Source: Lacunisphaera sp. (GTDB lineage Bacteria; Verrucomicrobiota; Verrucomicrobiia; Opitutales; Opitutaceae). Taken from it: a DNA stretch of 51,125 nucleotides. Under the pieces are notes generated by a model. That model made no database searches. It saw only the letters and a list, made by a program, of their open reading frames with translations, and was not told the DNA's origin. The stretch lies in assembly GCA_036568985.1 (NCBI GenBank), contig DATCRM010000109.1:1-51125 (forward strand), written 5' to 3'. Shown one piece after another: positions 9,550 to 22,182 of this stretch; the first letter of the stretch is position 1, and each line of letters opens with the position of its first letter. The position numbers were made by a program, and so were the translations under genes.

Positions 9550-11850
9550 ATGTCTTCCGAACCTTCCCCGAAATTCGAGCCGTTCATTCCGGCTTCGGCC
9601 AAGATTCCTGAGTTTACCGTTCGCGCTGTCGTTACCGGAGCCATCCTGGGCATGGTCTTCGGCGCGTCGTCGCTCTACCTCGTCCTGAAGGTCGGTCTGA
9701 CCGTGAGCGCGTCGATTCCGGTGGCCGTGATCTCGCTCGCGTTGTTCCGCGCCTGGTCGAAAACCACGGGCGGACGGGATTCAACGATTCTCGAGAACAA
9801 CATCACGCAGACCGCCGGCTCGGCCGGTGAATCGATCGCGTTCGGTCTGGGCGTGACCATGCCGGCGATCCTGATCCTCGGTTTCGACCTCGAGCTGACG
9901 CGCGTGATGCTGGTGGCGATCATGGGCGGCTTGCTCGGAATTCTGATGATGATCCCGTTGCGCCGGGCTCTCATTGTGAAGGAGCATGGGGTGCTCAAGT
10001 ACCCCGAGGGCACGGCCTGTGCGGCGGTGCTGAAGGCGGGAGCCGATGACGCTTCGCGCGCGGCTGCTTCGCCTTCCGCCAAGGCGGAAATGGCGGCGGC
10101 GGAGGTAGCCGGACTGGGAAAGTCACCAGGCGCGAAGGTCATCTTCACCGGTTTCGGCCTCGGTCTGCTCTACAAGTCGCTCAACGTCGCTTTCAAAGGC
10201 TGGAAGGACGTACCGGAAAAAGTTTTTGGCGCGCCGCTGAAGAGCGGCTCGGTGAGCTGTGAGATTTCCCCCGAGCTGGTCGGCGTCGGTTATATCATCG
10301 GCCCGTATCTCGGCGGGCTGATGGCGGCGGGCGGCGTGTTGTCCTACCTCGTGCTGATTCCGCTGATCAAGTTCTTCGGCGAAGGTGTGGCCGGACCGCT
10401 GGCGCCCGGTACGATTCCAATTTCCGAAATGGGGCCCGGCGCGATTCGCGGCGCCTACGTGCTTTATATTGGAGCAGGCTGCGTGGCGGCCGGCGGCATC
10501 ATCAGCCTGGTCCAGGCGCTGCCGACTATCTGGCATGGCATGAAGGGCGGACTTCGCGATATTGGTTTGGCTCGCGAGGGCGGTGACGCGGGCGAAGTGC
10601 TGCGCACCGATCACGATCTTTCGCTCAAGTTTGTCGGCATCGGCATCATCGTTTTGCTGGCGGGCATCCTGTTTGCGCGGTCATTGCACATGAACCTCCT
10701 CGGGGCGCTCCTGATCGTCGCCTTCGGATTTCTGTTCGTGACCGTGTCCTCGCGGTTGACCGGCGAGGTCGGATCCACGTCGAATCCCATTTCGGGCATG
10801 ACTGTGGCAACGCTGCTGTTCACTTGTTTGGTCTTCCTGCTCATCGGCTGGACGGGATCGACCTATTACGTGACGGCCCTTTCCATCGGCGGGATCGTGT
10901 GCATCGCCTCGTCGAATGGCGGCACCACATCGCAGGACCTCAAGACTGGCTTCCTCGTCGGCGCCACGCCCAAGCTGCAACAATATGCCATTCTCATCGG
11001 GGCCTTCGGTTCGGCGGTGCTGCTCGGACCGATCCTGATGAAGCTGAACGATTCTGCGATCGTCTACGTGCCGGCGGCGAAGGTGGCACCCGCAGGCCTG
11101 CACACCGACGTCAGTCAGCTGGACACAGTGAAGCAGCGGCTGGTCGGACCTCAGGCGCAGGACGACGCCGGCCAATATTTTGCCTGGCACAAGACCGACA
11201 CCGTCGGCGGCCCGGCCGGCAAATATCTCGTGAACGAGCAGGGCGACGCCGTCTGGCTGGTCGATCCCGGCATCAACGGCGCCTACGATACGCGTCCTGA
11301 CGGCTCGCAGGTGCGGAAGTTCGACGCGCCGAAAGCCACGCTGATGTCCTATATCATCAAGGGTATTCTTGATCGAAAACTGCCCTGGGCCTTGGTGATC
11401 TTCGGCGCGATGATCACCGTGGCGCTGCAGATGTCGTTCGTGCCGGCGCTGACTTTCGCGGTCGGGGTTTATCTTCCGATCTCATCGTCCCTGCCGATCT
11501 GGATCGGCGGCATGATCCGCTGGGCGGTCGACCGCTGGCTGCGTCGTCAGCCGGCGTATGCGAGGATGGATCAGACCACGTTCAACGCCGAGAGCGACAA
11601 GAGTCCCGGCGTGTTGCTAGCTTCCGGCTACATTGCGGGCGGCGCCATTGCCGGCATCGTGATCGCGTTCCTGGCGGGTGTGCCTGGCGTCAATCGGATC
11701 GACGACGCGCTGGCCAAGTGGTCGTCAGCGAACAACCCATTCTTTGCCGGGCCGCATGCCGATCTCTTGTCGTGCATTCCGTATGTGCTGCTCTGCGGAT
11801 TCCTTTACCTCGTCGCGAAAGAAAAATTTTTGGCCCCAGCGAAAAAATAG
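9550..11850 (+). CDS. OPT family oligopeptide transporter
   Basis: YLVLKVGLTVSASIP, ENNITQTAGSAGES, YPEGTAC, SNPISGM, SQDLKTGFLVGATP. Confidence 0.93.
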   Translation: MSSEPSPKFEPFIPASAKIPEFTVRAVVTGAILGMVFGASSLYLVLKVGLTVSASIPVAVISLALFRAWSKTTGGRDSTILENNITQTAGSAGESIAFGLGVTMPAILILGFDLELTRVMLVAIMGGLLGILMMIPLRRALIVKEHGVLKYPEGTACAAVLKAGADDASRAAASPSAKAEMAAAEVAGLGKSPGAKVIFTGFGLGLLYKSLNVAFKGWKDVPEKVFGAPLKSGSVSCEISPELVGVGYIIGPYLGGLMAAGGVLSYLVLIPLIKFFGEGVAGPLAPGTIPISEMGPGAIRGAYVLYIGAGCVAAGGIISLVQALPTIWHGMKGGLRDIGLAREGGDAGEVLRTDHDLSLKFVGIGIIVLLAGILFARSLHMNLLGALLIVAFGFLFVTVSSRLTGEVGSTSNPISGMTVATLLFTCLVFLLIGWTGSTYYVTALSIGGIVCIASSNGGTTSQDLKTGFLVGATPKLQQYAILIGAFGSAVLLGPILMKLNDSAIVYVPAAKVAPAGLHTDVSQLDTVKQRLVGPQAQDDAGQYFAWHKTDTVGGPAGKYLVNEQGDAVWLVDPGINGAYDTRPDGSQVRKFDAPKATLMSYIIKGILDRKLPWALVIFGAMITVALQMSFVPALTFAVGVYLPISSSLPIWIGGMIRWAVDRWLRRQPAYARMDQTTFNAESDKSPGVLLASGYIAGGAIAGIVIAFLAGVPGVNRIDDALAKWSSANNPFFAGPHADLLSCIPYVLLCGFLYLVAKEKFLAPAKK

Positions 11851-12158
11851 CCATGGGGTATAGTAGGTATTTTTCTCCCGGCCGATTCGGTGCGCCGTAA
11901 GAAAATGCGACACGGCGTCAGAATCGGCGTAATCATTGGTCAGGCGATGCTTGAAAGATTCGCAGCAGAAAAGGTGACGCGAAATCTTCCACCGCACGGA
12001 GTGTCAAATCGCTGCTACAAAATTTTTATTCAGCGGTATCAATTTTGAATCAATGAATTGCGGGCCGTGTTTTGCGTCCGCGCAAATTGGAATATCGAAT
12101 GCTTTTTGGGAGCTGCTCGGAGGGCCAATATCACTTCTGCCTTCCGACTCTTACTCCT

Positions 12159-12758
12159 ATGAAAAAGAAGATCGTTACCCTCGTCGGCGCTTTGGTTTTC
12201 ATTGCCGCCGTCCACGCTGATACTGCCACCGTTGGAGCAACCGTTAACCTCAACGGCACGTTCTTCACGGGCAATGATGCGTGGTCCCTCGGGACCAATG
12301 CGGCGCCCAGCGACCTCGTCGACGGCGTCTATCAACCGACCTCGCACCAATGGAACCACGATTCGGTGTGGTGGAACGGCGGTCAGAATCCAGGCAACAA
12401 CATCGTGGTCGATCTCGCCGGGAGCTACCTGATCACCGATCTCAAGCTTCAGGCGGACGACAATGACTGGTACAACGTCGAATATCTGGGCCTCGATCTC
12501 GCCTGGCATCTCGCCTGGAGCGTCAGTCCTCCCGGCGGTTGGGGTCTGCAGACCAGCAGTTTTATCGTCGGCGCGCCCTTCGTCACCAGTTCGTTCCGCC
12601 TGACCGCGGCTCCTGGCGATGGCTATTATGCCATTTCCGAGTTTGAAGCCAACGGACGGAAAGTGAGCAACAACGTCCCTGAAGGCGGAGCGACCGTTGC
12701 CTTTTTCGGCGCGATCGTCGGTCTGCTCGCCATCGCCCGCCGCAAGATCCTGACCTGA
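12159..12758 (+). CDS. Secreted protein with VPEG/PEP-CTERM-like exosortase sorting signal
   Basis: Signal peptide MKKKIVTLVGALVFIAAVHA; C-terminal VPEGGAT + transmembrane helix + RRK. Confidence 0.85.
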   Translation: MKKKIVTLVGALVFIAAVHADTATVGATVNLNGTFFTGNDAWSLGTNAAPSDLVDGVYQPTSHQWNHDSVWWNGGQNPGNNIVVDLAGSYLITDLKLQADDNDWYNVEYLGLDLAWHLAWSVSPPGGWGLQTSSFIVGAPFVTSSFRLTAAPGDGYYAISEFEANGRKVSNNVPEGGATVAFFGAIVGLLAIARRKILT

Positions 12759-12781
12759 TCGGACGGATCACAGATTCCTCG

Positions 12782-12813
12782 GGCGGAACCGCAGGGTTCC
12801 GCCTTTTTCTTTT
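12782..12813 (+). terminator. Intrinsic terminator
   Basis: GGCGGAACC-GCAG-GGTTCCGCC followed by TTTTTCTTT. Confidence 0.8.
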
Positions 12814-12845
12814 GGCTGTTCGGCCGACCGCGGGATGCGTTCCGA

Positions 12846-13868
12846 TTATTCTTCGCCGTCGTGATAATCGACGTCCGTAGCCCGGAAGAATTTCCGTGGG
12901 GAACTATGACCCCATTTCTTGGAATCCGGGTAATGCCACACGTCGAGCGCAGGATTGTCGGCAACGAGATAGTAGAGCAGGTCAGTGTTGCCGGTATTCG
13001 TGAACAGGTGGGCTTCGCCGGGCGGATGGAGCACGACGTCACCCGCAGCCACCTCGGTCAATCCGGCGTGGGTGCGCACCGTTCCGCTGCCGTTTAGAAA
13101 AATATACAGCTCCCATTGGGCGGCGTGGGAATGGAACGGGCAGCCGCACTCACCGGGTGCAAGCTTGCCGAATTCGAGGTCGAAGGGATGACCGCCGAGC
13201 CCGGTTGGGGCATTGCGTTTCGCACCGAGCGCGATCGAGAGTTCCTTGCTGGCGCCGCGGAACTTGCCCTTTGGCGACTGCCACGTTTCCCACGGCAGGG
13301 TATCAGGATGGAGCTTGCGGCTGGCGAAAGGGGAGAGCGATGGCACCGATGGCGCGGGCTTGATCTGATAGGCGGGCGCACCCGGCAAAGGCGGTTCCTC
13401 GCCTTCGAAATAATCGACCTCCGTCAGGCGGAAAACTTTCCCGGGAGGACGCAGCATCCACTTGTTGGAATCGGGATAATGACAGGCGTCGAGCGGGGGA
13501 TTGTCGGTGATGATCAGGACCTCGAGGTCGCCTGATCCGGGATTGCTCAGCTGGTGGGCTTCGCCCGGAGGATGCACGAAGACTTCGCCGGTGGCTGCGG
13601 TGTGCGTCTCGGCGCCGGCGCGGATGGTCGCGACGCCCTTGAGCACGACGAATAGTTCCCACTGGGCCAGGTGGGCGTGAAACGGACACACGGCCGCGCC
13701 CGGCGGAACGCGTCGGATCTGGAGATCGAAAGGATGCCCGCCCGCCCAAAGTCCGCCGTTGCGGATACCGCCGAGCGCCAGCGAAAGATTGCGGCACCAG
13801 GAGTGAAATTTGCCGCCGGGCGAGCGTTGTTCTTCCTCGGGGACGGTGTGGATGTTGACGTATTTCAT
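12846..13868 (-). CDS. Duplicated cupin domain protein
   Basis: Two repeats of CPFHxHxAQWE...HPPGEAH...YPDSxKW. Confidence 0.88.
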   Translation of the reverse strand: MKYVNIHTVPEEEQRSPGGKFHSWCRNLSLALGGIRNGGLWAGGHPFDLQIRRVPPGAAVCPFHAHLAQWELFVVLKGVATIRAGAETHTAATGEVFVHPPGEAHQLSNPGSGDLEVLIITDNPPLDACHYPDSNKWMLRPPGKVFRLTEVDYFEGEEPPLPGAPAYQIKPAPSVPSLSPFASRKLHPDTLPWETWQSPKGKFRGASKELSIALGAKRNAPTGLGGHPFDLEFGKLAPGECGCPFHSHAAQWELYIFLNGSGTVRTHAGLTEVAAGDVVLHPPGEAHLFTNTGNTDLLYYLVADNPALDVWHYPDSKKWGHSSPRKFFRATDVDYHDGEE

Positions 13869-14000
13869 GCTGGAAAATGCATTTTAAACGCAGAGGTCAC
13901 GGAGGACGCGGAGAAAAATCATCACCCGGTAACGCTATCGTTGCGCGTTATTCTCCTCCGCGTTCTTTGCGCTCTCCGCGTTTAATTGAATTTCCCCGGG

Positions 14001-14385
14001 TCATGTCGGCAGGTGTTTCCGGAAGATTTCCGCCAACCCGGCCTTGTCGAGCCGCTTCTCGGCGATGCCGATCATGGTCGTAGAGTTCGGCGTCGGTGAT
14101 TGCGGTGGCGGAAATGCCGTTCAGCTCGAGAAAGGCCAGTGCGCTGGTGATTGCGGTGCGCTTGTTGCCGTCGATGAAAGGCTGGTTCTGGGCGAGGTGG
14201 AAAGCGTAAGCGGCGGCTACGGCGGCCATGTCTCCCTGACGGTAATAAAAGGCGGCTTCGGGCTGCATCAGTGCCGAGTCCAACAGGCCGGATTCGCGGA
14301 GACCATCCATGCCGCCGTGCTGTTGGAGAGAGATGAGGTGCAATTGGAGCACCCTCTCGCGGGAAAGGAAGGCCGGCTCAGTCAT
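14001..14385 (-). pseudogene. Fic/Doc family toxin, frameshifted near the C-terminus
   Basis: HGG..GLR..GLLDSAL and NQPFIDGNKRTA. After ELYD the plausible C-terminus MIGIAEKRLDKAGLAEIFRKHLPT* lies in another frame. Confidence 0.7.
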
Positions 14386-14412
14386 ACCAGGAGGGGCGGT
14401 GGTAGCCGTCGC

Positions 14413-14592
14413 CTATTGAGCCAGCTTGCGCAGGAGTTCCTTCCGCTCGGTGAAAATTTTATCGGCGATGCGTTTGAAAGCCGCATCGTCCGTGGGTGCT
14501 GGGTTGGATATCGGCGAAATGACCGCCTTCGCCGGCTTCTTGGCGGCGTAAGGGGTGGAGGCTTCCCCGACCTTGGGTGGCTTCTTGCTCAC
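14413..14592 (-). CDS. Putative antitoxin partner of Doc
   Basis: Small ORF directly upstream of doc, ending AFKRIADKIFTERKELLRKLAQ, which resembles Doc-associated antitoxin tails. Start uncertain. Confidence 0.6.
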   Translation of the reverse strand: MSKKPPKVGEASTPYAAKKPAKAVISPISNPAPTDDAAFKRIADKIFTERKELLRKLAQ

Positions 14593-14744
14593 GGGAGGAA
14601 AGGATGCGGGTTCGGGCAGGAGAGTCAACTGGCCGGAATGCAGGACAGCAGTACAGAGGGACGCGGCGTCAGCCGGTGTAGGCGTGGATCTGCTCAGGGT
14701 CGAGGTAGGCCGTTTGCTCTCAATCGCCCTTGGCTTGATCCTCG

Positions 14745-15059
14745 CTATTTCTCGCCGGCCTGACGTCGGGGCGACCTGCGTGTACCCTTGCCGCCTTGAG
14801 CTCCGTCCTTCATCCGATCCTCAGCCAGACCGACCGGATCGGTGCTGAAGTCGAGCAGTTCGGTAGGCTCCAGCCCACAGGCCTTGGCGAGTTTTTCCAG
14901 CGTGGAAATTCTGATATCTATTTTGCGACCGGCTTCGATGGCTTGGTAATGCTTGTACTTGAGTCCGGCACGCTCGGCGAACGCCTCCTGGCTCAGCTCG
15001 AGAGCCTCCCGAAGTGCTTTTACCCGCGCCAGCAGGCGCTTCGCCATGTCGTTTGCCAC
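14745..15059 (-). CDS. XRE-family helix-turn-helix regulator
   Basis: VKALREALELSQEAFAERAGL...YQAIEAGRK..RISTLEKLAKA. Confidence 0.85.
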   Translation of the reverse strand: MANDMAKRLLARVKALREALELSQEAFAERAGLKYKHYQAIEAGRKIDIRISTLEKLAKACGLEPTELLDFSTDPVGLAEDRMKDGAQGGKGTRRSPRRQAGEK

Positions 15060-15147
15060 GACGGAGCTTAGCCGGAGACTGCCGGAGCTAACACCCCATC
15101 AACGGTGGTGTTTACTGGATGCCCCTGTAACGGGGGTGTTGGTGGGC

Positions 15148-15423
15148 TTGGTCCTTCACTCGAATTTTCCGGCATCACCCTACTTGCCGCTTGTCCCGAA
15201 CCAACGCTGGTTCCCCGCGACGGAGGAACTGCGCGGCACGGGCTATGAAAAACTCCTGCCTCCGCTCGTCGCGAAAGTAACCGTCTCTGATTACCCGCTG
15301 GTTGAGGCGATCCACCAAAACGTGGTCAGGCATCCGGTCCTCCCTGACGCTGCCAGTCGCGCCAAGCTGGCCGATCGCAAGAGCGCGATCTTCATGGAAA
15401 AATACGACGACTATCTTCGGTAA
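15148..15423 (+). pseudogene. Remnant of a type III restriction (Res/DEAD helicase) gene
   Basis: LHSNFPASPY..L.PNQRWFP..E.LR...YEKLLPPLVAKV resembles a Res N-terminus, joined directly to an internal-like segment TVSDYPLVEAIHQNVVRHPVLPD, then a stop. Recognition from memory, not a search. Confidence 0.55.
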
Positions 15424-15561
15424 CGATACGATGACGCTGGTGTCGGTTACGATTGGTTAGATGCGTCTGCGTACGCCGGTGGAAACTTGTAACGTATTAT
15501 ATTACAAGTTCCCGGACTAAACCGGGCTTGCGGGGGCAGGGCTTTGGGGTAGGGTACGGGT

Positions 15562-15777
15562 ATGAGTTTTCAAGAGGTCCTCGCCGAGTTGCCGTCGCTG
15601 ACGGTCGAGCAGCGTCAGTTGCTCATGCGAAGGGCACTTGAGCTGGATGAAACCGCCCTGTCACCGGCGGTGGAGCGACTGGTCGAGGAACGGCGCGCGG
15701 AGTATCTGCGAAATCCGTCTGCCGGCCTCGGTTTGGAAGAAATGGAATCACAATTACGGGCCAAATTGGGCCCGTAA
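15562..15777 (+). CDS. Addiction module antitoxin (TIGR02574-like)
   Basis: 71 aa, LTVEQRQLL...LVEERRAEY; its stop overlaps the ATG of the downstream toxin. Confidence 0.75.
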   Translation: MSFQEVLAELPSLTVEQRQLLMRRALELDETALSPAVERLVEERRAEYLRNPSAGLGLEEMESQLRAKLGP

Positions 15778-16076
15778 TGTGGCGGGTCGTTTTCAGTTTT
15801 CGAGTGAGGGATGATGTCGCAGATGCGGCGATCTGGTATGAAGGCAAGCAAATCGATTTGGGCCGGGCATTCATAGACGAAATCGTGCAGGTGTGGCGCG
15901 AACTGGCGGAAAATCCGCATCTGGCAGCCCGGAAGCACCCCAGCAAGAATCTGCGTTGGCGTTATCCGCATCGGTTCCCTTACCGGATTATTTATGAGGT
16001 GGATGAGTTGAATCGTACGATCCTGGTCTTCGCAGTTGTCCATGCGTCGCAGAACGACTCGGCTTGGCGGGCTTGA
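15777..16076 (+). CDS. RelE/ParE family toxin
   Basis: DVADAAIWYE....LG..F..E...RFPYRIIY...ILVFAVVH. Confidence 0.85.
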   Translation: MWRVVFSFRVRDDVADAAIWYEGKQIDLGRAFIDEIVQVWRELAENPHLAARKHPSKNLRWRYPHRFPYRIIYEVDELNRTILVFAVVHASQNDSAWRA

Positions 16077-16164
16077 AGCTGATAATTACGCATATGTCCC
16101 GGGGTCGGGGAAGCTGGCAAGCGCGGCTTGCATTGCGTTCCACGGCTGGCTCACTCGGCAATAC

Positions 16165-16785
16165 ATGGCTCCTCCGCGTCGCAAGAACATCTTCCGCATC
16201 GCTCCGCCGCCGCCGATGGTCATCTACGTTCGGCGGGGGTTCGGGCGCGTTTTGGCCGAGGAGTATGCGGCGCTCAAGGTGAAGCGCGCGGCACTCGTCG
16301 AGGACAAGGTCGAGGCGCACAGCCAGGGCGACCTGCGGGAGAATTTCGGTTTCAAGGCGGCCAAGGACGCGATCCGCGCGGTCGACCGCAAGATGGACGA
16401 GCTCGATCGCTTTTCCCGGCGTAACACCTTCATCGAGGTCGATCCGGCCACATGGCTCACGAAGCCAACCGACTTCGTCCAACTTGGACACGTGGTCCGG
16501 ATTGAAAAGGAGGACCCCGGTGCGAAGCGGAAGCATCGCTTCACCTTCCTCGTCGCGACCTATGGCGAGACCGCGACCGATCCGGAGAGCGGCATCGAGT
16601 GCCTGCCGCACAATTCTCCGCTAGCCGCGGTCCTGCTTGGTCTCACCGTCGGCAAACCGGCCCAAGTCAATCTGCCGGCCGGCCCGGCGATTCTCACGGT
16701 GCTGTCGATCCGCAACCCGACACAGGCCGAACTCGACCGGCTGCTCGCGGAAATCAAGGCGCCGGAGAGCGAGGGGCAGGAGTAA
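16165..16785 (+). CDS. GreA/GreB family transcription elongation factor (divergent)
   Basis: AHSQGDLRENFGFKAAK coiled-coil tip; C-terminal VQLGHVV...SPLAAVLLGL.VG. Confidence 0.75.
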   Translation: MAPPRRKNIFRIAPPPPMVIYVRRGFGRVLAEEYAALKVKRAALVEDKVEAHSQGDLRENFGFKAAKDAIRAVDRKMDELDRFSRRNTFIEVDPATWLTKPTDFVQLGHVVRIEKEDPGAKRKHRFTFLVATYGETATDPESGIECLPHNSPLAAVLLGLTVGKPAQVNLPAGPAILTVLSIRNPTQAELDRLLAEIKAPESEGQE

Positions 16786-17103
16786 TCTGAGATTTTTAGC
16801 CACGAATGCATCGCCTAACGGCTCTGCCACTGGGTGCGGCTCCACCTAATCGGTTGCGCCAAGAGGCTTCGGGGGTCGGCTAATCGCCGACTGGGAAATC
16901 AGGCATGTTAACCAAGCGGCGATTAGCCGCTCCCCGGAACCAAAACCGGAGCCGATTAGGCGAAGGGGATTTCCAAGCGCAGCCGGTAGGCAAAAGCATT
17001 CACGGTCAAACCGGTTTGGTGGAGCAAGGCACGGCCCAGCGGGAGCTGGGCCCTCCAGGAAAGAATCGATCACCAAGCGGCCCGGAGGGACCCGGGCCCT
17101 CCA

Positions 17104-20121
<3,018 letters not shown>

Positions 20122-20157
20122 TGCCCAGCGGTCAGCGGGGGAGCTATACGTCCGGTT

Positions 20158-21324
20158 ATGAAGCTACCCCCCTGTCAGCGATTCCTCGGCCTTGGTCTGC
20201 TCGTTCTAATCTTGGGGCTGGCCCCCGCGACAGCCGCCCCCAGTACGGCCCCGGTAAATCCATCGGGCTTCGTTATCCACCGCGGCACCAATCTCAGTCA
20301 CTGGCTCTCGCAGGACTTCGGCTGGCAGCCGCGCCAGCAGTGGATCACGGAGAACGATTTTCGCTTCATCGCCCGGGCCGGCTTCGATCACGTCCGGTTG
20401 CCCATCGACGAAAAGGAAATGTGGCGCGACGACGGTACGCCCAACGAGGACGCGTTCGCCCTGATGCTCCGCGCGATCGGCTGGGCGCGCGCGAACCGCC
20501 TGCGCGTCATCGTCGATCTCCACACGGTGCGCTCACACCACTTCAACGCGGCCAACGAGGGCGGGCACAACACGCTGTTCACCGATCCGCGTGCGCAGGA
20601 GACCTTTTTCGGTCTCTGGCGCCAACTGTCCGCGCGTTTGCACGACCAGCCCGTGGACGCGGTCGCCTACGAGATCATGAACGAACCGTCGGCGGACAAT
20701 CATGAGGATTGGAACCGGCTGGTTGCAGGGGCGCATCGGGTCATCCGGCAGCTGGAGCCGGAACGCGTGCTCATCATCGGTTCGAATCGTTGGCAGGGGC
20801 CCTACGCGATGCCGTTCCTGAAGGTGCCGGCCGGCGACCCCAACATCATTCTCAGCGTGCACACGTATTCGCCTTTTCTGTTCACCCATTACACCGCCGA
20901 TTGGGCGCCCACGAAGACTTACACCGGCGCGGTGCACTATCCGGGTCCGGTGGTCACGGCGGAGGATTTCGCAACGCTGCAAAAGCTGAATCACGGGGAC
21001 ATGACGGATTACATCATGGGTGTCCGCGACAACTGGGGACCGGAACGCCTGGCCCAGGAATTCGAGCCCGCCGTCCGCCGCGCGCACGAGTTGGGACTGC
21101 AGCTTTATTGTGGCGAGTTCGGCTGCTTGCCGACCGGACCGCGGCCCGGCCGCCTGGCCTACTACCGTGACATCGTGGGGGTGATGGAGAAAAACGGCAT
21201 GGCGTGGGCGAATTGGGAATACAAAGGGGACTTCGGCCTGCTGGAATGGCACGGTGCGCAGGTAGGCACCGGCGCGCCGGACACCGAGGTGTTGGACGCC
21301 CTGCTGGCGGGGCTGAAAAAGTGA
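20158..21324 (+). CDS. Secreted GH5 glycoside hydrolase
   Basis: [26 protein letters not shown] (acid/base), YCGEFG (nucleophile). Confidence 0.92.
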   Translation: MKLPPCQRFLGLGLLVLILGLAPATAAPSTAPVNPSGFVIHRGTNLSHWLSQDFGWQPRQQWITENDFRFIARAGFDHVRLPIDEKEMWRDDGTPNEDAFALMLRAIGWARANRLRVIVDLHTVRSHHFNAANEGGHNTLFTDPRAQETFFGLWRQLSARLHDQPVDAVAYEIMNEPSADNHEDWNRLVAGAHRVIRQLEPERVLIIGSNRWQGPYAMPFLKVPAGDPNIILSVHTYSPFLFTHYTADWAPTKTYTGAVHYPGPVVTAEDFATLQKLNHGDMTDYIMGVRDNWGPERLAQEFEPAVRRAHELGLQLYCGEFGCLPTGPRPGRLAYYRDIVGVMEKNGMAWANWEYKGDFGLLEWHGAQVGTGAPDTEVLDALLAGLKK

Positions 21325-21343
21325 CCTCACCTGTACCATCGCG

Positions 21344-22000
21344 ATGACCCGCGCCGAACGCGCCGCCTGGGTGGACCGCCGGCTGGCCGAACTTTATCCG
21401 GAAACTCCGATCCCGCTCGACCATCGCGATCCCTACACGCTGCTGGTCGCGGTGGTGTTGTCGGCGCAATGCACGGACAAACGGGTGAACCTGGTGACAC
21501 CACACCTGTGGGCGCTGGCTGATACGCCGGCGGCGATGGCCCGGGTGCCAGTGGCGAAGATCCAGACGATTATCCGGCCCTGCGGTCTCTCGCCGCAAAA
21601 ATCCCGGGCCATCAGCGAACTCTCCCGATTGATCGTCGAACGGCACGGAGGGAATGTGCCGCGAACGTTCGAGGAGCTCGAAGCGCTGCCCGGGGTGGGG
21701 CATAAGACGGCGTCGGTCGTCATGAGCCAGGCGTGGGGCGTGCCGGCATTCCCGGTGGACACGCACATCCATCGGTTGGCACGGCGTTGGAAACTCAGCA
21801 GCGGTCGCAGCGTCGAGCAGACCGAGCGGGATTTGAAAAAACTTTTTCCGGAGTCGCACTGGAATCAGCTGCACCTGCGCATCATTTTCTACGGACGTGA
21901 GCACTGCACGGCCCGCGGCTGCGACGGAACGGTCTGCGAGATCTGCCGGACGCTTTTTCCGTCCGCAGCCAGGCGCACGGACCAGCGCGGTTTAGGCTGA
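21344..22000 (+). CDS. nth: Endonuclease III
   Basis: LVAVVLSAQCTD, LPGVGHKTA HhH motif, VDTHI, C-terminal Cys cluster. Confidence 0.93.
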   Translation: MTRAERAAWVDRRLAELYPETPIPLDHRDPYTLLVAVVLSAQCTDKRVNLVTPHLWALADTPAAMARVPVAKIQTIIRPCGLSPQKSRAISELSRLIVERHGGNVPRTFEELEALPGVGHKTASVVMSQAWGVPAFPVDTHIHRLARRWKLSSGRSVEQTERDLKKLFPESHWNQLHLRIIFYGREHCTARGCDGTVCEICRTLFPSAARRTDQRGLG

Positions 22001-22182
22001 GTTGCCGCAGCATTGGAGCGTGGCGATCGGCCGCTGCCGGCCCGGAACGGGCAGACAGGCGATTCCCGTCCGGCCGGAGTTTCGCTCGGCGGCCCATTGC
22101 TGAAAAACGGGCATCCTGCATATCCGCCAACGATTCATCTTGGCCAATAGATGCGCAGTCGGAGGCGGGCCGGAATGGCAAG

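Noticed and set aside
16036-16164. N-terminal extension of the GreA-like ORF
   Set aside because: It overlaps the ParE gene end and is not Gre-like; the ATG at 16165 is more plausible.
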